Shown piece after piece: positions 63,882-64,000 of a stretch of DNA of 64,000 bases (the first letter of the stretch is position 1; every line of letters begins with the position of its first letter). Both the position numbers and the translations under genes were made by a program. Source of the DNA: Patescibacteria group bacterium (lineage in GTDB: Bacteria; Patescibacteriota; Patescibacteriia; Patescibacteriales; UBA12465); contig JAQUAK010000001.1 of NCBI GenBank assembly GCA_028687275.1, forward strand, positions 228,213 through 292,212, written 5' to 3'. The notes beneath the pieces were generated by a model. That model saw nothing but the letters and a program-made list of their open reading frames with translations. It was not told where the DNA came from and did not search any database.

Positions 63882-64000
63882 ATGGAAGCCACATATCCGA
63901 CATTAGCGATAATTTTAAATAGGCGCGACTACCGCGAGGCTGACCGCCTCGTTTCTGTTTATACTCCTAACCTAGGGCGTTTGAACTTATTAGCTCGTGG
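63882..64000 (+). CDS. recO: DNA repair protein RecO, N-terminal fragment (runs off window)
   Basis: Not in ORF track (no stop): MEATYPTLAIILNRRDYREADRLVSVYTPNLGRLNLLARG matches the RecO OB-fold N-terminus pattern. Confidence 0.6.
   Translation, partial: MEATYPTLAIILNRRDYREADRLVSVYTPNLGRLNLLAR

Noticed and set aside
1-64000. Alternative genetic code (UGA recoding) as seen in some candidate phyla
   Set aside because: All conserved genes are full length under the standard code. TGA terminates mreC, the PilB-like gene and the TerC-like gene, and RF2 is encoded.
1-64000. CRISPR arrays, rRNA/tRNA genes, IS elements, integrases, prophage or toxin-antitoxin/defence cassettes
   Set aside because: No repeat-spacer periodicity is present. 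No intergenic region is long enough or shows tRNA/rRNA signatures. No transposase, integrase or recombinase-like ORFs are present. The only repeats are short (14-nt tandem at 44782-44809; 9-nt coding tandem at 11643-11660).

Overview
AT-rich, very gene-dense bacterial chromosomal segment with about 80 protein genes. Nearly all are on the + strand; the exceptions are a 5-kb glycosyltransferase block (18.8-23.8 kb), an orphan at 29.1 kb and rpmB at 42.5 kb. Content is overwhelmingly housekeeping. In order: ileS (5' end cut by the window), a LemA/SPFH/HtpX membrane trio, a NIF3-like gene, ruvA, proS and mreBCD. Next is a nucleotide-sugar and cell-surface cluster: pfkB kinase, RmlC-like cupin, HIT, rfbB, orphan receiver domain, second mreB, GT4s, a secreted S8 protease with FG-GAP repeats, a UXS-like gene, DUF2304, GT2 and a degenerate PilB/GspE-like protein. 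Then a partial dcw block (mraY-ftsW-murG-murC ... murB) and alaS. Two ribosomal blocks follow: infA-rpmJ-rpsM-rpsK-rpsD-rpoA-rplQ-rplM-rpsI (35.2-39.7 kb) and rpsL-rpsG-fusA-[orphan]-tuf-rpsJ...rplO-secY (45.0-61.3 kb). They are separated by prfB, comEC, rpmB, an M50 protease and a lipoprotein serpin. The window ends with an orphan, a TerC-like gene, map, ruvX and the start of recO. I saw no rRNA, tRNA, CRISPR array, transposase/integrase, prophage or recognisable defence genes. The genetic code looks standard (TGA is used as stop and RF2 is present). A Candidate Phyla Radiation/Patescibacteria origin is plausible but is inference only. It rests on the lack of rpmD (L30), on streamlined enzymes (AlaRS without C-Ala, ProRS without INS, RpoA without CTD, ComEC without MBL domain) and on the FG-GAP subtilase. 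No clear-cut new multi-gene system is evident. The observations most worth follow-up are: (1) a catalytically dead PilB/GspE-like protein ATGA-coupled to a GT2 in a glycan cluster; (2) a near-invariant T at -1 of start codons with almost no Shine-Dalgarno motifs, plus apparently leaderless genes driven by extended -10 boxes; (3) a 206-nt structured spacer ending in an intrinsic terminator between rpsJ and rplC, and other structured leaders (rpsL, rpoA, tuf); (4) an orphan gene with an atypically strong SD inserted between fusA and tuf; (5) RpoA lacking the alpha-CTD and a series of K/E/A-rich extensions on ribosomal proteins.
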